DNA of 64,000 bases from an uncultured Oscillospiraceae bacterium (GCA_964513605.1 CAZENN010000001.1:12559-76558), one strand, 5' to 3'; shown: positions 18,245-28,198, counted from the first letter of the stretch. The notes: a model not told the origin generated them from the sequence alone. Numbers and translations: made by a program.

Positions 18245-18467
18245 AGGGAGAAGGGTACAAATGAGTGTTACAACAAACTGCTGTGCCGCTTCATCCCCAA
18301 GGGGGGCAGCATGACGGGATACTCAGCGGAAAATATTGGGTATATGGCCGATTGGGCCAATGCGCTGCCTGGAAAGTTACCCGGTTACCGAACGCCGGAT
18401 GAATTATTTGAAGCAGAGCTGGATCGTCACCTGTCAAAACTATTGCAACTTGCTATTGCAATTCACC
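18245..18467 (+). mobile_element. IS30-family remnant (3' end of the transposase plus right end)
   Basis: Reads EKGTNECYNKLLCRFIPKG..DWANALPGKLPGYRTPDELFE, matching the IS30 pattern WEKGTNE..N.LIRRFIPKG..N.LPRK.LGY.TP.E; ends in TTGCAACTTGCTATTGCAATTCACC; not in the ORF track. Confidence 0.8.
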
Positions 18468-18474
18468 AAAAGAA

Positions 18475-19038
18475 TTAAATGATAGCAGGGGGGATGTTGT
18501 CCTCCGAGAGACGATTTCGGATCAAAACGGCGGCAAGTGGATAATGGAGGGCAAGATGCTTCCAGGTGACTTTATCCAATTCACCGGTTTGCGGCAGATC
18601 ATTCAATTCCTGAAAGGTTTCAATTGAAAATGCGGTGGGTTCATCCAGGGTGCCGGACATACTGGGAGGCGAGATGCTTTTATACTGTTGAGAAAGGACA
18701 AGAAGAATTGCCTGAATAATATATAAATCCGGGTCTGTATCTCCACGTCGAAAAACCTGCCCTGGCTCAAGAACCAACTCAAGGGGTTGAGCCGGACCAA
18801 CGCGGATCAGAGCTGGTCCATAGACTGTGTAAATGCTTTCCCAAGTCCTTTGATCTGCCACTCCGGTGACGGGTAATGCGTGATTGCGCTGAAATGCTGT
18901 AACTGCCTGCATTGTTTGCGCACCATATATTCCGTCCGGGATGACACTGGGTTGTCGCTCATCCTCCTGGGCGATGACTCGGAGCATAGTCTGCAGACTT
19001 CGTACTGGCTGTCCGATAAAAGATTCGGGTGGTCTCAT
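18475..19038 (-). CDS. Peptidoglycan-binding protein (two PG_binding_1 domains)
   Basis: VRSLQTML..DGIYGAQTMQAVTAFQ..LPVTGVAD.RTW, repeated. Confidence 0.85.
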   Translation of the reverse strand: MRPPESFIGQPVRSLQTMLRVIAQEDERQPSVIPDGIYGAQTMQAVTAFQRNHALPVTGVADQRTWESIYTVYGPALIRVGPAQPLELVLEPGQVFRRGDTDPDLYIIQAILLVLSQQYKSISPPSMSGTLDEPTAFSIETFQELNDLPQTGELDKVTWKHLALHYPLAAVLIRNRLSEDNIPPAII

Positions 19039-20255
19039 CTTACTGCCTCCTGTCGAACCGGGTCTTGATTACCTGCGGACAGATCCCTTCCGGGGAATTG
19101 AGTCATGGTCGTAGAACGAGAATAGCGTTGACGTACCGGTGAATTTGTCAACGATGTTGGCGGAAATACTTCCGTATCACGGAAAGACACATTTTCGATA
19201 CCTGAGAATTGGTCATAAATTTCATCCCATGTATTATCATCTACTACGCCTGTTTCTGGGAGACCGAAGAAACGCTGGGCTGCCAGTACGGCATTTCGGG
19301 TGTTGGCACCGAAGATACCGTCTACGGTTATGGGTGGTATTTGCTGGATGTAAGAAGACAGCACAGATAGCATATATTGCAGATGTCTTACTTTATCACC
19401 GCGGTCGCCCTCCTGAATAGGGTCTGGGTAGGCCCAGGATATGGCGTAAAATTGCTGTCCTTGACTGCGCAGCTCGGATAGGGCAGTAACAGCGGTATAT
19501 AGGCGTACCAGGGCATACCAGGTAGCTTTCCCAACAATTCCATCCGCATCCAGTTCAAAGATTTCCTGGAATCTTCGGACGGATGCCTCGGTTCTGCTTC
19601 CATAAATGCCATCTACTACTGCCAACTTTGGTATGGCGGGGTAGTTTTGAGAGATTCGGTTCAGCTCTACCTGAATAATTACAACATTTGGTCCGGAGGA
19701 ACCTCGGCGCAGGGGTGTCCCGGGATAGGATGAGGTAATGCCTCGGATCGGAGCGTTGTTAACAATTTCCACATTTCCATAGTAACTGCGCAGGATCTGT
19801 GTGGAGTTATACCCTTGAGAGGCAAGATTTTGGCTTCCCCATTGGCTTAATCCTTCACAAGTGACGGTAGTTCCGTTACAAAATTTGGCGGCCAACGGTT
19901 CTACAAAACCAGGACGGCGTAGATAATCGTTAAACAATTCATCAACAAGCCTTGTGATTTGGCTGAAATAGCCTCTGCCATTGACGAAGGCCTGATCGTA
20001 AGCGGTTGAGCTTGTGATATCAAAATCATAGCCGCGACTGCGATAGAATTCTGTATAGACCCGGTTGAGGGCGAAAGAGACGATTGCGTAAATATTGGCA
20101 CGCAGCGCACTTTCCTCCCATGTTGGGTAAATCTCACTGGAAGCGACATTTTTAATATAGTCAGAGAATGGTAAGGTTACATTTGCGGCATTGGAGTCCG
20201 GCGGACCAAGATGGACGGTGATCTGCTGAGGAACAAATGGAATAACGGTAGGCAT
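19035..20255 (-). CDS. SleC-like spore cortex-lytic enzyme (SpoIID/LytB-type domain plus two PG-binding domains), lacking a pro-region
   Basis: ITVHLG..FSDYIKNVASSEIYPTW..LNRVYTEFY..DITSSTAYDQ..LSQWGS. Confidence 0.8.
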   Translation of the reverse strand: MPTVIPFVPQQITVHLGPPDSNAANVTLPFSDYIKNVASSEIYPTWEESALRANIYAIVSFALNRVYTEFYRSRGYDFDITSSTAYDQAFVNGRGYFSQITRLVDELFNDYLRRPGFVEPLAAKFCNGTTVTCEGLSQWGSQNLASQGYNSTQILRSYYGNVEIVNNAPIRGITSSYPGTPLRRGSSGPNVVIIQVELNRISQNYPAIPKLAVVDGIYGSRTEASVRRFQEIFELDADGIVGKATWYALVRLYTAVTALSELRSQGQQFYAISWAYPDPIQEGDRGDKVRHLQYMLSVLSSYIQQIPPITVDGIFGANTRNAVLAAQRFFGLPETGVVDDNTWDEIYDQFSGIENVSFRDTEVFPPTSLTNSPVRQRYSRSTTMTQFPGRDLSAGNQDPVRQEAVR

Positions 20256-20266
20256 AGGACACCTCC

Positions 20267-20647
20267 CTAGAGGTTTTGCGCCGGCGTTCTGAATATCTCA
20301 CGTTTGCTCCAGGTTGCCGGAAGCTCGGAAAGTGGTATCATCTCCAGATTTTGCTCTGTTACGGTATCCGGAAAAACCTGCAGATCCTCATTTTCGATTT
20401 GCTCATAGCCATTGAGCCGTGCATAGAGATTGACACGGGTAAAGGGAATTTGTCCGGTATTTGGAGACAGACCGGCAGCAAGATCCGGTACAGGGACGCT
20501 GACAGGCGTGATTTTGCCGCTGCGATCCGTCAGCCTCATGGCGATGGATGTGCCATCGGTAGCGGTAATGGTGATGGCAACATCCTCTAGGGGGATTTTG
20601 GCGTTACTCATGTAAGCATTTACTTGAATATATCCAATAGATGGCAG
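20267..20647 (-). CDS. Stand-alone SleC pro-region-like (carboxypeptidase-regulatory-like) protein
   Basis: GYIQVNAY..IPLEDVAITI..TDRSG..LQVFPDTVTEQ; AGGAGG sits 7 nt before a CTG codon, so the start is uncertain. Confidence 0.65.
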   Translation of the reverse strand: MPSIGYIQVNAYMSNAKIPLEDVAITITATDGTSIAMRLTDRSGKITPVSVPVPDLAAGLSPNTGQIPFTRVNLYARLNGYEQIENEDLQVFPDTVTEQNLEMIPLSELPATWSKREIFRTPAQNL

Positions 20648-20770
20648 GATAACCCCTCCTTTCATGCTTCGAAAATATGATATGCAACAAGGAAGAAAAA
20701 GTGTACAGAAAGTGTATGCACAGTTTAGATTTTTCTGCATATACTTCCTGAGAGAAAGGATGTGGTACAG

Positions 20771-22594
20771 GTGTGTGGAATAGCAGGAATGGTCGGCGTG
20801 CATTCGGATCAGTCAATCATTGAACATATGCTGTCAACGATGGACAGACGTGGACCGGATGATAATGGATGCTACGAAGGTTCTGGCTGCACGTTGCTGC
20901 ATACAAGACTAGCGATTATTGATCCGGAAGGAGGAAGCCAACCCATGATGCTCCAATGGGGCGGGGAAAGCTTTGCAATGGTCTATAATGGGGAACTATA
21001 TAACACAGATGAGCTTCGAAAGGAGCTGGAGCAGGAGGGGCATTGCTTTCAGGGGCATTCTGATACAGAAGTACTGCTTCATTGCTATGTCCATTGGGGC
21101 GAAGATATGTTGAAGCGACTAAATGGTATTTATTCATTTGCTGTGTGGGAAGAAGGCGGCCGAAAGCTTTTTATGGCCCGGGATCGAATCGGTGTTAAGC
21201 CGCTATTTTTCGCTCATCACGGAGGCGGTTTGCTCTTTGCCTCTGAGATAAAAACTATTTTGGCATATCCCAGTATGAAGGCACAGCTGGATGAGCAGGG
21301 GGCGGCTCAGGTACTGCTTCTTGGACCGGGGCGCATCCCTGGTTCCGGCGTGTTTCATAATATTTGTGAATTGGAGCCTGGCTTTTATGCTGTCTGGCGT
21401 GATGGGCATCTGACGGCGAAGCGTTATTGGTATCTGAAGGATCGTGAGCATACCGATGACTTACACACTACCTTGGAGAAGGTGCGCTATTTCGTAGAGG
21501 ATGCGATTTGCAGGCAGATGGTTTCTGATGTTTCCATTGGATGCTTTTTATCAGGAGGTCTGGACAGCAGTATCATCAGTGCGATCTGCGCCCGTGAAAT
21601 GAAAAAGGCAGGAAAGGCATTGCATACGTTTTCAGTGGACTATCAGGATAATGATAAGTACTTTGTTCCTGGAAAATTTCAGCCCAATTCGGACAATGCC
21701 TATATCCAGCTGATGCAGGAAACCTTGGGGACGATTCACCACTGGACAGTACTGCAGCCTGAAACGCTGCTCAGCTGTATGGAGGCTGCCACTGAAGCCA
21801 GAGACTTACCGGGAATGGCAGATGTTGACTTTTCCTTGCTGGCTTTTTGCGGAGACATCCGGGGACATGTAAAGGTTGCTTTGTCCGGTGAATGTGCCGA
21901 TGAAATATTCGGAGGATATCCATGGTATCGCGATCCCCAGGTCAGGGATCAAGAAGGATTTCCGTGGGCGCAGAATACAGTGGATCGAGTGGATATGATG
22001 GCTCCCACGCTCAGACAGCGCATCAATGGTGTAGAATTTATACGAGATCAATATGATACGACACTGCGTCAGGCAGATATTCTACCCGGCAATTCTAGAC
22101 TTGAAACCAGGATGAAACAGATGGTAAATTTGAATTTTCGCTGGTTTATGCAAACATTGCTGGACCGTAAGGATCGCATGAGCATGTTTCATGGACTTGA
22201 AGTGCGTGTGCCTTTCTGTGATTACCGCATTGCTGAATATCTGTACAGCGTTCCTTGGGATTTTAAGGATTATCAGGGGAGGGAAAAGGGGCTGCTTCGG
22301 GAAGCGGTAAAGGATTTGCTTCCGGAGCCGGTTCTGTTTAGAAAGAAAAGTCCTTATCCCAAGACGTATCATCCCCAATATACTCGATTGGTCAAACAAC
22401 GGTTGGATGAGCTTCTGCGAAAGAAGGATGCACCGCTGTTTATGCTGTTTTCTCAGGATGCGCTACGAAACTATCTGGATGGCCGCCCTGTTTGGCCTTG
22501 GTACGGTCAGCTGATGACCTATCCTCAGACAATTGCCTATATCCTTCAAGTGAATTACTGGCTGGAGCACTATCAAATTGAACTGCTGTATTAA
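20771..22594 (+). CDS. asnB: Asparagine synthase (glutamine-hydrolysing), AsnO-like
   Basis: Ntn N-terminus MCGIAG (GTG 20771), RRGPD, NGELYN, LSGGLDSS, SGECADEIFGGY. Confidence 0.93.
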   Translation: MCGIAGMVGVHSDQSIIEHMLSTMDRRGPDDNGCYEGSGCTLLHTRLAIIDPEGGSQPMMLQWGGESFAMVYNGELYNTDELRKELEQEGHCFQGHSDTEVLLHCYVHWGEDMLKRLNGIYSFAVWEEGGRKLFMARDRIGVKPLFFAHHGGGLLFASEIKTILAYPSMKAQLDEQGAAQVLLLGPGRIPGSGVFHNICELEPGFYAVWRDGHLTAKRYWYLKDREHTDDLHTTLEKVRYFVEDAICRQMVSDVSIGCFLSGGLDSSIISAICAREMKKAGKALHTFSVDYQDNDKYFVPGKFQPNSDNAYIQLMQETLGTIHHWTVLQPETLLSCMEAATEARDLPGMADVDFSLLAFCGDIRGHVKVALSGECADEIFGGYPWYRDPQVRDQEGFPWAQNTVDRVDMMAPTLRQRINGVEFIRDQYDTTLRQADILPGNSRLETRMKQMVNLNFRWFMQTLLDRKDRMSMFHGLEVRVPFCDYRIAEYLYSVPWDFKDYQGREKGLLREAVKDLLPEPVLFRKKSPYPKTYHPQYTRLVKQRLDELLRKKDAPLFMLFSQDALRNYLDGRPVWPWYGQLMTYPQTIAYILQVNYWLEHYQIELLY

Positions 22595-22605
22595 GGGAAA
22601 TATCG

Positions 22606-22634
22606 TTGACGAATGGATTGGCATATGTTAAAAT
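22606..22634 (+). promoter_or_regulatory. sigma-A promoter upstream of pyk
   Basis: TTGACG-17 bp-TAAAAT with extended TG. Confidence 0.6.
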
Positions 22635-22702
22635 GTCAGGGAGTGGAGCTGCGTTTGCGCAGAATCTGCCTATAAAATTGTGGTACACGGAAGAGGTAGA
22701 AT

Positions 22703-24115
22703 ATGAGAAAGACAAAGGTTATCTGTACGATTGGTCCTGCCAGTGAAAATGAGCAGGTATTAACACAAATGTGCAAGGCCGGTATGAACGTTGCGCGGCT
22801 TAATTTCTCACACGGAACCCATGAGGAGCATAAGAAAAAGATCGATCTGATCAAGACCGTTCGGGAAAAACTGGATCTACCTATTGCAATTATGCTGGAT
22901 ACCAAGGGACCGGAGTATAGAATCGGTACCTTTGCGGAAGGAAGCGTTGAGGTAGCTGCCGGTGAAATGTTTACGTTCACCACCGATGAGGTTGAGGGTG
23001 ACAAAACCAGAGTCTCAATCAACTATAAGGACCTAATCAAGAACCTCTCTGTGGGAGACCGGATTCTGGTATGCAATGGTCTTGTTATTTTCGAGGTTCT
23101 TGAACTGAAGGATAATGATGCCATTTGCCGTGTGGTCGTTGGGGGTATCTTGAGCAACCGGAAGAGCATGAGCTTCCCTAATAAAGTAATGCCCGGACCG
23201 TTCCTTTCAGAGCAGGATAAAGCTGATCTGCTGTTTGGTATCGAAAATGATGTGGATTTTGTGGCCGCATCCTTTGTATCCACCAAGGATGATATGCTGG
23301 AACTGAGAGAATTCCTTAATGCCAACGGTGGTAAGGACATCGATGTGATCGCTAAAATTGAGAACCGTTCCGGCGTGGATAATGTGGAAGAAATTTGTGA
23401 GGTATGCGACGGCATTATGATTGCCCGAGGCGATTTGGGTGTAGAGATTCCCTTTGTGGAGGTTCCCGCAATCCAGAAGCTGCTGATCAATAAGTGCCGT
23501 ATGCTGGGTAAGCGTGTGATCACAGCGACTGAAATGCTGGAATCCATGATTTATAATCCTCGTCCTACCCGGGCGGAAATTTCGGATGTTGCCAATGCGG
23601 TTTATGACGGCAGTTCCGCCATTATGCTGTCTGGTGAGTCTGCTGCCGGCAAGTATCCTGTGGAGGCTGTCAGAAATATGGCCAAGATTGCTGAATATAC
23701 TGAGCAGCATACCAGTTACCGTGAACGTTTCTTGAAGTCGGAATTCCGCATTGGAGGCAATCTGGATGCCATTTCCCATGCCACTTGTGCCATGGCAATC
23801 GATGTTAATGCGAAGGGAATCGTGGTTTGCTCTGTTTCCGGTAAGACTGCTATGATGGTAAGCCGATTCCGTTGCCCTGTGGATATTCTTGGCATGACGA
23901 CGGACTCCAAGGTGTGGCGCAAGCTGGGGCTGAGTTGGGGCGTTACGCCTGTGTTAACGGAAGCGTTCCCCACTATGGATGTGATGTTCTATTATGCCAT
24001 GAACAGTGCTCGTCGCTATTTACCTGTTAAGCGTGGCGATAATGTAGTCCTCACCGGCGGTCCGATCAATGGGAAGAGCGGCAACACCAATACGATCAAG
24101 GTAGAACAGATTTGA
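22703..24115 (+). CDS. pyk: Pyruvate kinase
   Basis: KTKVICTIGPAS, RLNFSHG, DTKGPE, IAKIE, ARGDLGVE, MLSGESA. Confidence 0.97.
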   Translation: MRKTKVICTIGPASENEQVLTQMCKAGMNVARLNFSHGTHEEHKKKIDLIKTVREKLDLPIAIMLDTKGPEYRIGTFAEGSVEVAAGEMFTFTTDEVEGDKTRVSINYKDLIKNLSVGDRILVCNGLVIFEVLELKDNDAICRVVVGGILSNRKSMSFPNKVMPGPFLSEQDKADLLFGIENDVDFVAASFVSTKDDMLELREFLNANGGKDIDVIAKIENRSGVDNVEEICEVCDGIMIARGDLGVEIPFVEVPAIQKLLINKCRMLGKRVITATEMLESMIYNPRPTRAEISDVANAVYDGSSAIMLSGESAAGKYPVEAVRNMAKIAEYTEQHTSYRERFLKSEFRIGGNLDAISHATCAMAIDVNAKGIVVCSVSGKTAMMVSRFRCPVDILGMTTDSKVWRKLGLSWGVTPVLTEAFPTMDVMFYYAMNSARRYLPVKRGDNVVLTGGPINGKSGNTNTIKVEQI

Positions 24116-24126
24116 TAATTTGATTT

Positions 24127-24158
24127 CTCCCCCACAGCATTGCTGTGGGGGAGTTTTG
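24127..24158 (+). terminator. Intrinsic terminator
   Basis: ctcccccacagc-att-gctgtgggggag followed by TTTT. Confidence 0.85.
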
Positions 24159-24313
24159 TCGGAGAAACGTAAGTGCATTAAGGATTTTTCCGTGTGATTT
24201 GGATTGAATTTCGGCATTTTATCCACATGAAAAAATATTAAAATTATGCTATAATCTAAAAGCAGTTGACTATCTGTAAAATGCTGTGATTAGATTTAGG
24301 AGGGACTGTTCGG

Positions 24314-24814
24314 ATGTTTCAGGTCGGAGATTTGGTTATTTATGGGATTCATGGCGTTTGCCGAATTTTGTCCTTAGAAGAACGAGTGATTGATAGAAAG
24401 AAGATTAAGTATTTTGCTTTGCAGCCCAATGATCAGCCGGAGACCAGATATTTTGTGCCTGCTGAAAATCCGGTCGCTTTATCCAAGCTGCGTCATATTA
24501 TTGGGCAAGATGAATTGAATGAGCTGCTTGCGTCTAATGAAGTCCGCGAGGACAATTGGATCAATGATGAAAATCAAAGAAAGCAATATTACCGTGAAAT
24601 TATCAATAGCGGTAATCGTGCTTCGTTGCTTAGAATGATCAATACCTTACACCGCCATAAGGAAAGACAAGCGCAGCTAGGGCGAAAATTTCATCTTTGC
24701 GATGAGAATTTCCTGCGAGATGCTGAAAAGCTTTTGAATGCTGAGTTTTCTTTGGTTCTTAATATCGAACCCCATGAGGTGGGTAAATACATCATTTCTG
24801 AAATGAATAAATAA
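24314..24814 (+). CDS. CarD family transcriptional regulator
   Basis: MFQVGDLVIYGIHGVCRI; AEKLLNAEFSLVL. Confidence 0.85.
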   Translation: MFQVGDLVIYGIHGVCRILSLEERVIDRKKIKYFALQPNDQPETRYFVPAENPVALSKLRHIIGQDELNELLASNEVREDNWINDENQRKQYYREIINSGNRASLLRMINTLHRHKERQAQLGRKFHLCDENFLRDAEKLLNAEFSLVLNIEPHEVGKYIISEMNK

Positions 24815-24833
24815 GAGTTGCCAAACGAATAAG

Positions 24834-24886
24834 ATACCCCCTGAAGCAGGCACTGGATGTTTCCAGAGCACTGCCTCAGGGGTAAT
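24834..24886. terminator. Hairpin between convergent genes
   Basis: taccccctgaagcag...ctgcctcaggggta imperfect inverted repeat. Confidence 0.55.
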
Positions 24887-24914
24887 TGTTTTCTGAAGCA
24901 GGAGCAATCTCGGC

Positions 24915-25559
24915 TTATTCAGCGTTGAAATATTCAAGGAGCTGCGCAGGTGTGTCCATGGTGGCTATGGCACCAGCACTTATAATGTCCTTTTTCTCGC
25001 CATATCCCCAAGTGACTCCAATGGTCTGGATGCCGTTGGCCGCGGCTCCGAGGACATCGTATAACGTGTCCCCGACCATAATGATCTCACCCTTATGATC
25101 CAGCTCCTTAAGCAGATAAGCGATGACCTTATCCTTTGTATCACGGGTTTCGTCCATGCTCGCTCCGTAGATTTTATCGAAATATCCGGATAGATTGAAT
25201 TTGTCGAGAATCTCTTTAGCCATGGATTCCGGCTTCGAAGTTGCAACGTACAGCTTGTGCCCCATTTCCTTCAATGCACCCAGCATGGCACTAATTCCGG
25301 GGTAGGGGGCGTTTTCAAACATTCCGGTTGGCACATATCGTTTCCGGTAAAGCTCTACCGCTTTTTCTACATCACTAGGGTCCACGCCGAAGCGAAGAAA
25401 GCTATCCCGAAGAGGGGGACCAACCATGAAACGCATTTCCTCCCGATTAGGTAAGGGTAAGCCCAATTGTGCCAGAGCAAATAAGGCACAATTGATCACT
25501 CCCTCACCAGAGTCGGTCAAAGTACCATCCAAATCAAATAAAATCGCTTTTTTCTTCAT
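24915..25559 (-). CDS. HAD-family hydrolase (phosphoglycolate phosphatase/5'-nucleotidase-like)
   Basis: ILFDLDGTLTDS, VATSK, MVGDT..D; start reassigned to MKKKAIL. Confidence 0.9.
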   Translation of the reverse strand: MKKKAILFDLDGTLTDSGEGVINCALFALAQLGLPLPNREEMRFMVGPPLRDSFLRFGVDPSDVEKAVELYRKRYVPTGMFENAPYPGISAMLGALKEMGHKLYVATSKPESMAKEILDKFNLSGYFDKIYGASMDETRDTKDKVIAYLLKELDHKGEIIMVGDTLYDVLGAAANGIQTIGVTWGYGEKKDIISAGAIATMDTPAQLLEYFNAE

Positions 25560-25590
25560 AGTGTTCTCCAATTCGTTATTCGTAATGAGA

Positions 25591-27006
25591 TTAAGGCAAA
25601 AGCTGTATCTGAATATTTTGACGCAGCTTTTGGCGGAAAAGCATTTGCCATTGGACCTGCTTTTCTGGTGTATAACGCAGAGAAGAAATTGCGCAGTGTC
25701 CGGGAGTGGGGGTTTTGTCGGCAGGCAATGTGGGAACCGTGGTCTGATCTGCGTCATATGGAAGATCCCCCGGATCGCAGTCAACTACTTGAAACCAGTC
25801 ACGATGGATTGAAGGGGTCAGAGTGTAGTGGAGACGGGTATAGCAGCAAGGGTGATTGCTCAGAAAATTTGGATCCAGAGCTTCACGAATCTGTGAGACT
25901 ACGGTGAGGGTGTGCTCCGTTTGGGTCTCCGGATGCTTGAAGGTAATGCTTTTTCCGGCATCTGGTGCGAGGAAACGCGGACCGGGCACAGAAACCGGTC
26001 GACTAGACAGCGCAAATTCGATGGTGCGTATGGTATTCTGGTTTCCCTTGCGAAGGAAGCAGTCTCTTCGCAGCAGATAACCTTTGTTCCTGTCCAAACC
26101 GTAATGCTCCAATGTTCTACGCACATTCCATGGGTTTTCTACATAGGGATTCCACGAAACCTCAAAGCTTTTCCGACATGCAATGGATTTATTGTTAACG
26201 GTAAGTAGTCCTTTGGCGGGGACAATTAACGGGTTTTCCAGATCCCGATTAGTTTTTTCTTCAATGCATAGGCCTTTTGACTTGCTTCCCCATTTCTCCA
26301 TAAATGCTTGGATTTTTTCGGCAGGCATCTCCAGATACGAATCGACTACGATTCCGTTCTCATTGAGATAGATAGCCGGAACACACCAGTTTTCGTCGTT
26401 CCACTGGAACTGCCGCGTGACTGCCAATTCCTTTGACGCATCGTTCTTATTGCAAAAATCAGCGAAATTAGAGTCGAAGGAAACTGTCCATTGGGGGATT
26501 CCCGGGCGAACCGGACACCATTCGAAGTATTTGGCATGGAGGGGAAGCTTGGTATAATCAAAGGAATTTTGCAACTCGATAATACAGCGGTAAGGATCTT
26601 GAATTGGTTGAGGATGATAGATATTTTCTAAGGCCTTGAGAACAGAACGCGCTTTTAACCCGATTTTTTTGGAGGCTACTTTTGCATTAAAGAAAAGCTC
26701 ACTCCATCGATAGGCATCGGAAATCAACGATGCATCACGACAAGTGCAAAGCAAGCCGATGAATTGCAGCATATTTTCAGCTACAGGGTGTATACAATCT
26801 CCGGGAGGTGCAGAAGGGTCCACTGCAAATACCAGTTCGCCCAGTCCGCTGATATGGCAGAAGTGAATTGCTTCGCGATCTGCTGACCAAGCGATAATTT
26901 TGGCACCTGAAGGGGTGCATACATGATTGCTCCTGCCGGGACCGTTGATCAAACCGACGGGGGAGGTGTCAAGACTGGAGTTTCTAAATTTTTCATACAG
27001 CATCAT
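25591..27006 (-). CDS. Hypothetical protein
   Basis: 471-aa ORF with RBS, co-oriented with its neighbours. Confidence 0.7.
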   Translation of the reverse strand: MMLYEKFRNSSLDTSPVGLINGPGRSNHVCTPSGAKIIAWSADREAIHFCHISGLGELVFAVDPSAPPGDCIHPVAENMLQFIGLLCTCRDASLISDAYRWSELFFNAKVASKKIGLKARSVLKALENIYHPQPIQDPYRCIIELQNSFDYTKLPLHAKYFEWCPVRPGIPQWTVSFDSNFADFCNKNDASKELAVTRQFQWNDENWCVPAIYLNENGIVVDSYLEMPAEKIQAFMEKWGSKSKGLCIEEKTNRDLENPLIVPAKGLLTVNNKSIACRKSFEVSWNPYVENPWNVRRTLEHYGLDRNKGYLLRRDCFLRKGNQNTIRTIEFALSSRPVSVPGPRFLAPDAGKSITFKHPETQTEHTLTVVSQIREALDPNFLSNHPCCYTRLHYTLTPSIHRDWFQVVDCDPGDLPYDADQTTVPTLPADKTPTPGHCAISSLRYTPEKQVQWQMLFRQKLRQNIQIQLLP

Positions 27007-27028
27007 AAATGGTACACCATCCTTTTGC

Positions 27029-28003
27029 TTAGTTTTGTTGGAGAATATCGGTGGAAGTTTTTAAAGGATACGAAGTCAGTTTTTTGCCATTGAGGTCGAT
27101 CCTGTACATGTCTACTGCTGTGATCTGGGTGGAATCGTAGGTGGTATAATAGTAAATTCCCTTATCGGTATTGCAGCAGCTGGAATAGCGAGTTATCTCG
27201 TATTCATCTGGCTGTATTTCTACGCAGCCTCTGGGCATAGAAACGGATTTGAGAATGTGGAAAAATTGGCTGATATCGCCCACTTCCGTCCCGTCAGAGA
27301 GGGAATTCAGCTTGACAAATGCGGCTCTGATGAAGCGTGAACTGGAGGAATAATCCCCCGGCAGGCCAAAAGAACCCATGCCGTTAGAAAACGAAATCAG
27401 TTGATAGCTACCGGAAAAACGGTCGAGGGCAGGCTTGGGACTGGTTTGCAAAAAGGTTCTTAGATGGAACATGTGATAGTCAAACGGTGGTTCGTTGGTA
27501 AGAATGCCCACATCATCTTGATAAAGCCTCAAGCCTTGGATCGTAGATTCGACGGCGATTGATTGCTCTTTATCGGAAAGAAGCCAGTGGAGTGGTGTCA
27601 GAGGAAGCTGCGGTGCGAAGGGGATATTGACCAGATTGACACGTTGAAGAAGCTCCAACGCTTCTGTTACACATGCGCACTGTCCTAATATCCAAGGGAT
27701 CAGCTCAAAAGGGGAGACGTTATCTGTGTTCTCAGCAACTTCGCAATAATGGGCAGATTCCGGAAAGTTTAATCCTGCCATACTCAGCCCCTTTTCGTTG
27801 GTAGCCTCGTAATACAGCGGATAATCCTCTACGACAGCAGCTACTCCAATCATAGCGAAATGTTTCTCTAAAGGAGGCATTTTTCTAAAATAAAAGGGGT
27901 AATTCCGCGGAGCAATCGTCACTGCTTCGGGATAGGAGTAATGCAGATCCAGATTTCGTCCAAAATAATGATGATTGGATTTCCAAGAAACAGCGGTACA
28001 CAT
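27029..28003 (-). CDS. Choloylglycine hydrolase family protein (bile salt hydrolase / penicillin V acylase)
   Basis: MCTA nucleophile, YFGRNLD, NEKGL, LTNEP, LPGD..S.SRF. Confidence 0.9.
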   Translation of the reverse strand: MCTAVSWKSNHHYFGRNLDLHYSYPEAVTIAPRNYPFYFRKMPPLEKHFAMIGVAAVVEDYPLYYEATNEKGLSMAGLNFPESAHYCEVAENTDNVSPFELIPWILGQCACVTEALELLQRVNLVNIPFAPQLPLTPLHWLLSDKEQSIAVESTIQGLRLYQDDVGILTNEPPFDYHMFHLRTFLQTSPKPALDRFSGSYQLISFSNGMGSFGLPGDYSSSSRFIRAAFVKLNSLSDGTEVGDISQFFHILKSVSMPRGCVEIQPDEYEITRYSSCCNTDKGIYYYTTYDSTQITAVDMYRIDLNGKKLTSYPLKTSTDILQQN

Positions 28004-28198
28004 TCCGAGACCTCCAAAATCGACATTTATGATGATAGTATACCACTGTTTTTATTTTTTTACAATGGGAAACTGAAGGAGAACAATTTACAAATCGTTT
28101 TTCTTTTGGTAAGAATTCGTTCAGTAAGCAATGATATGCTAAACGCAAAGAAACCGGGTGCTGATGATATCCGAATATTATGTTAAGGAGAATGTCCC

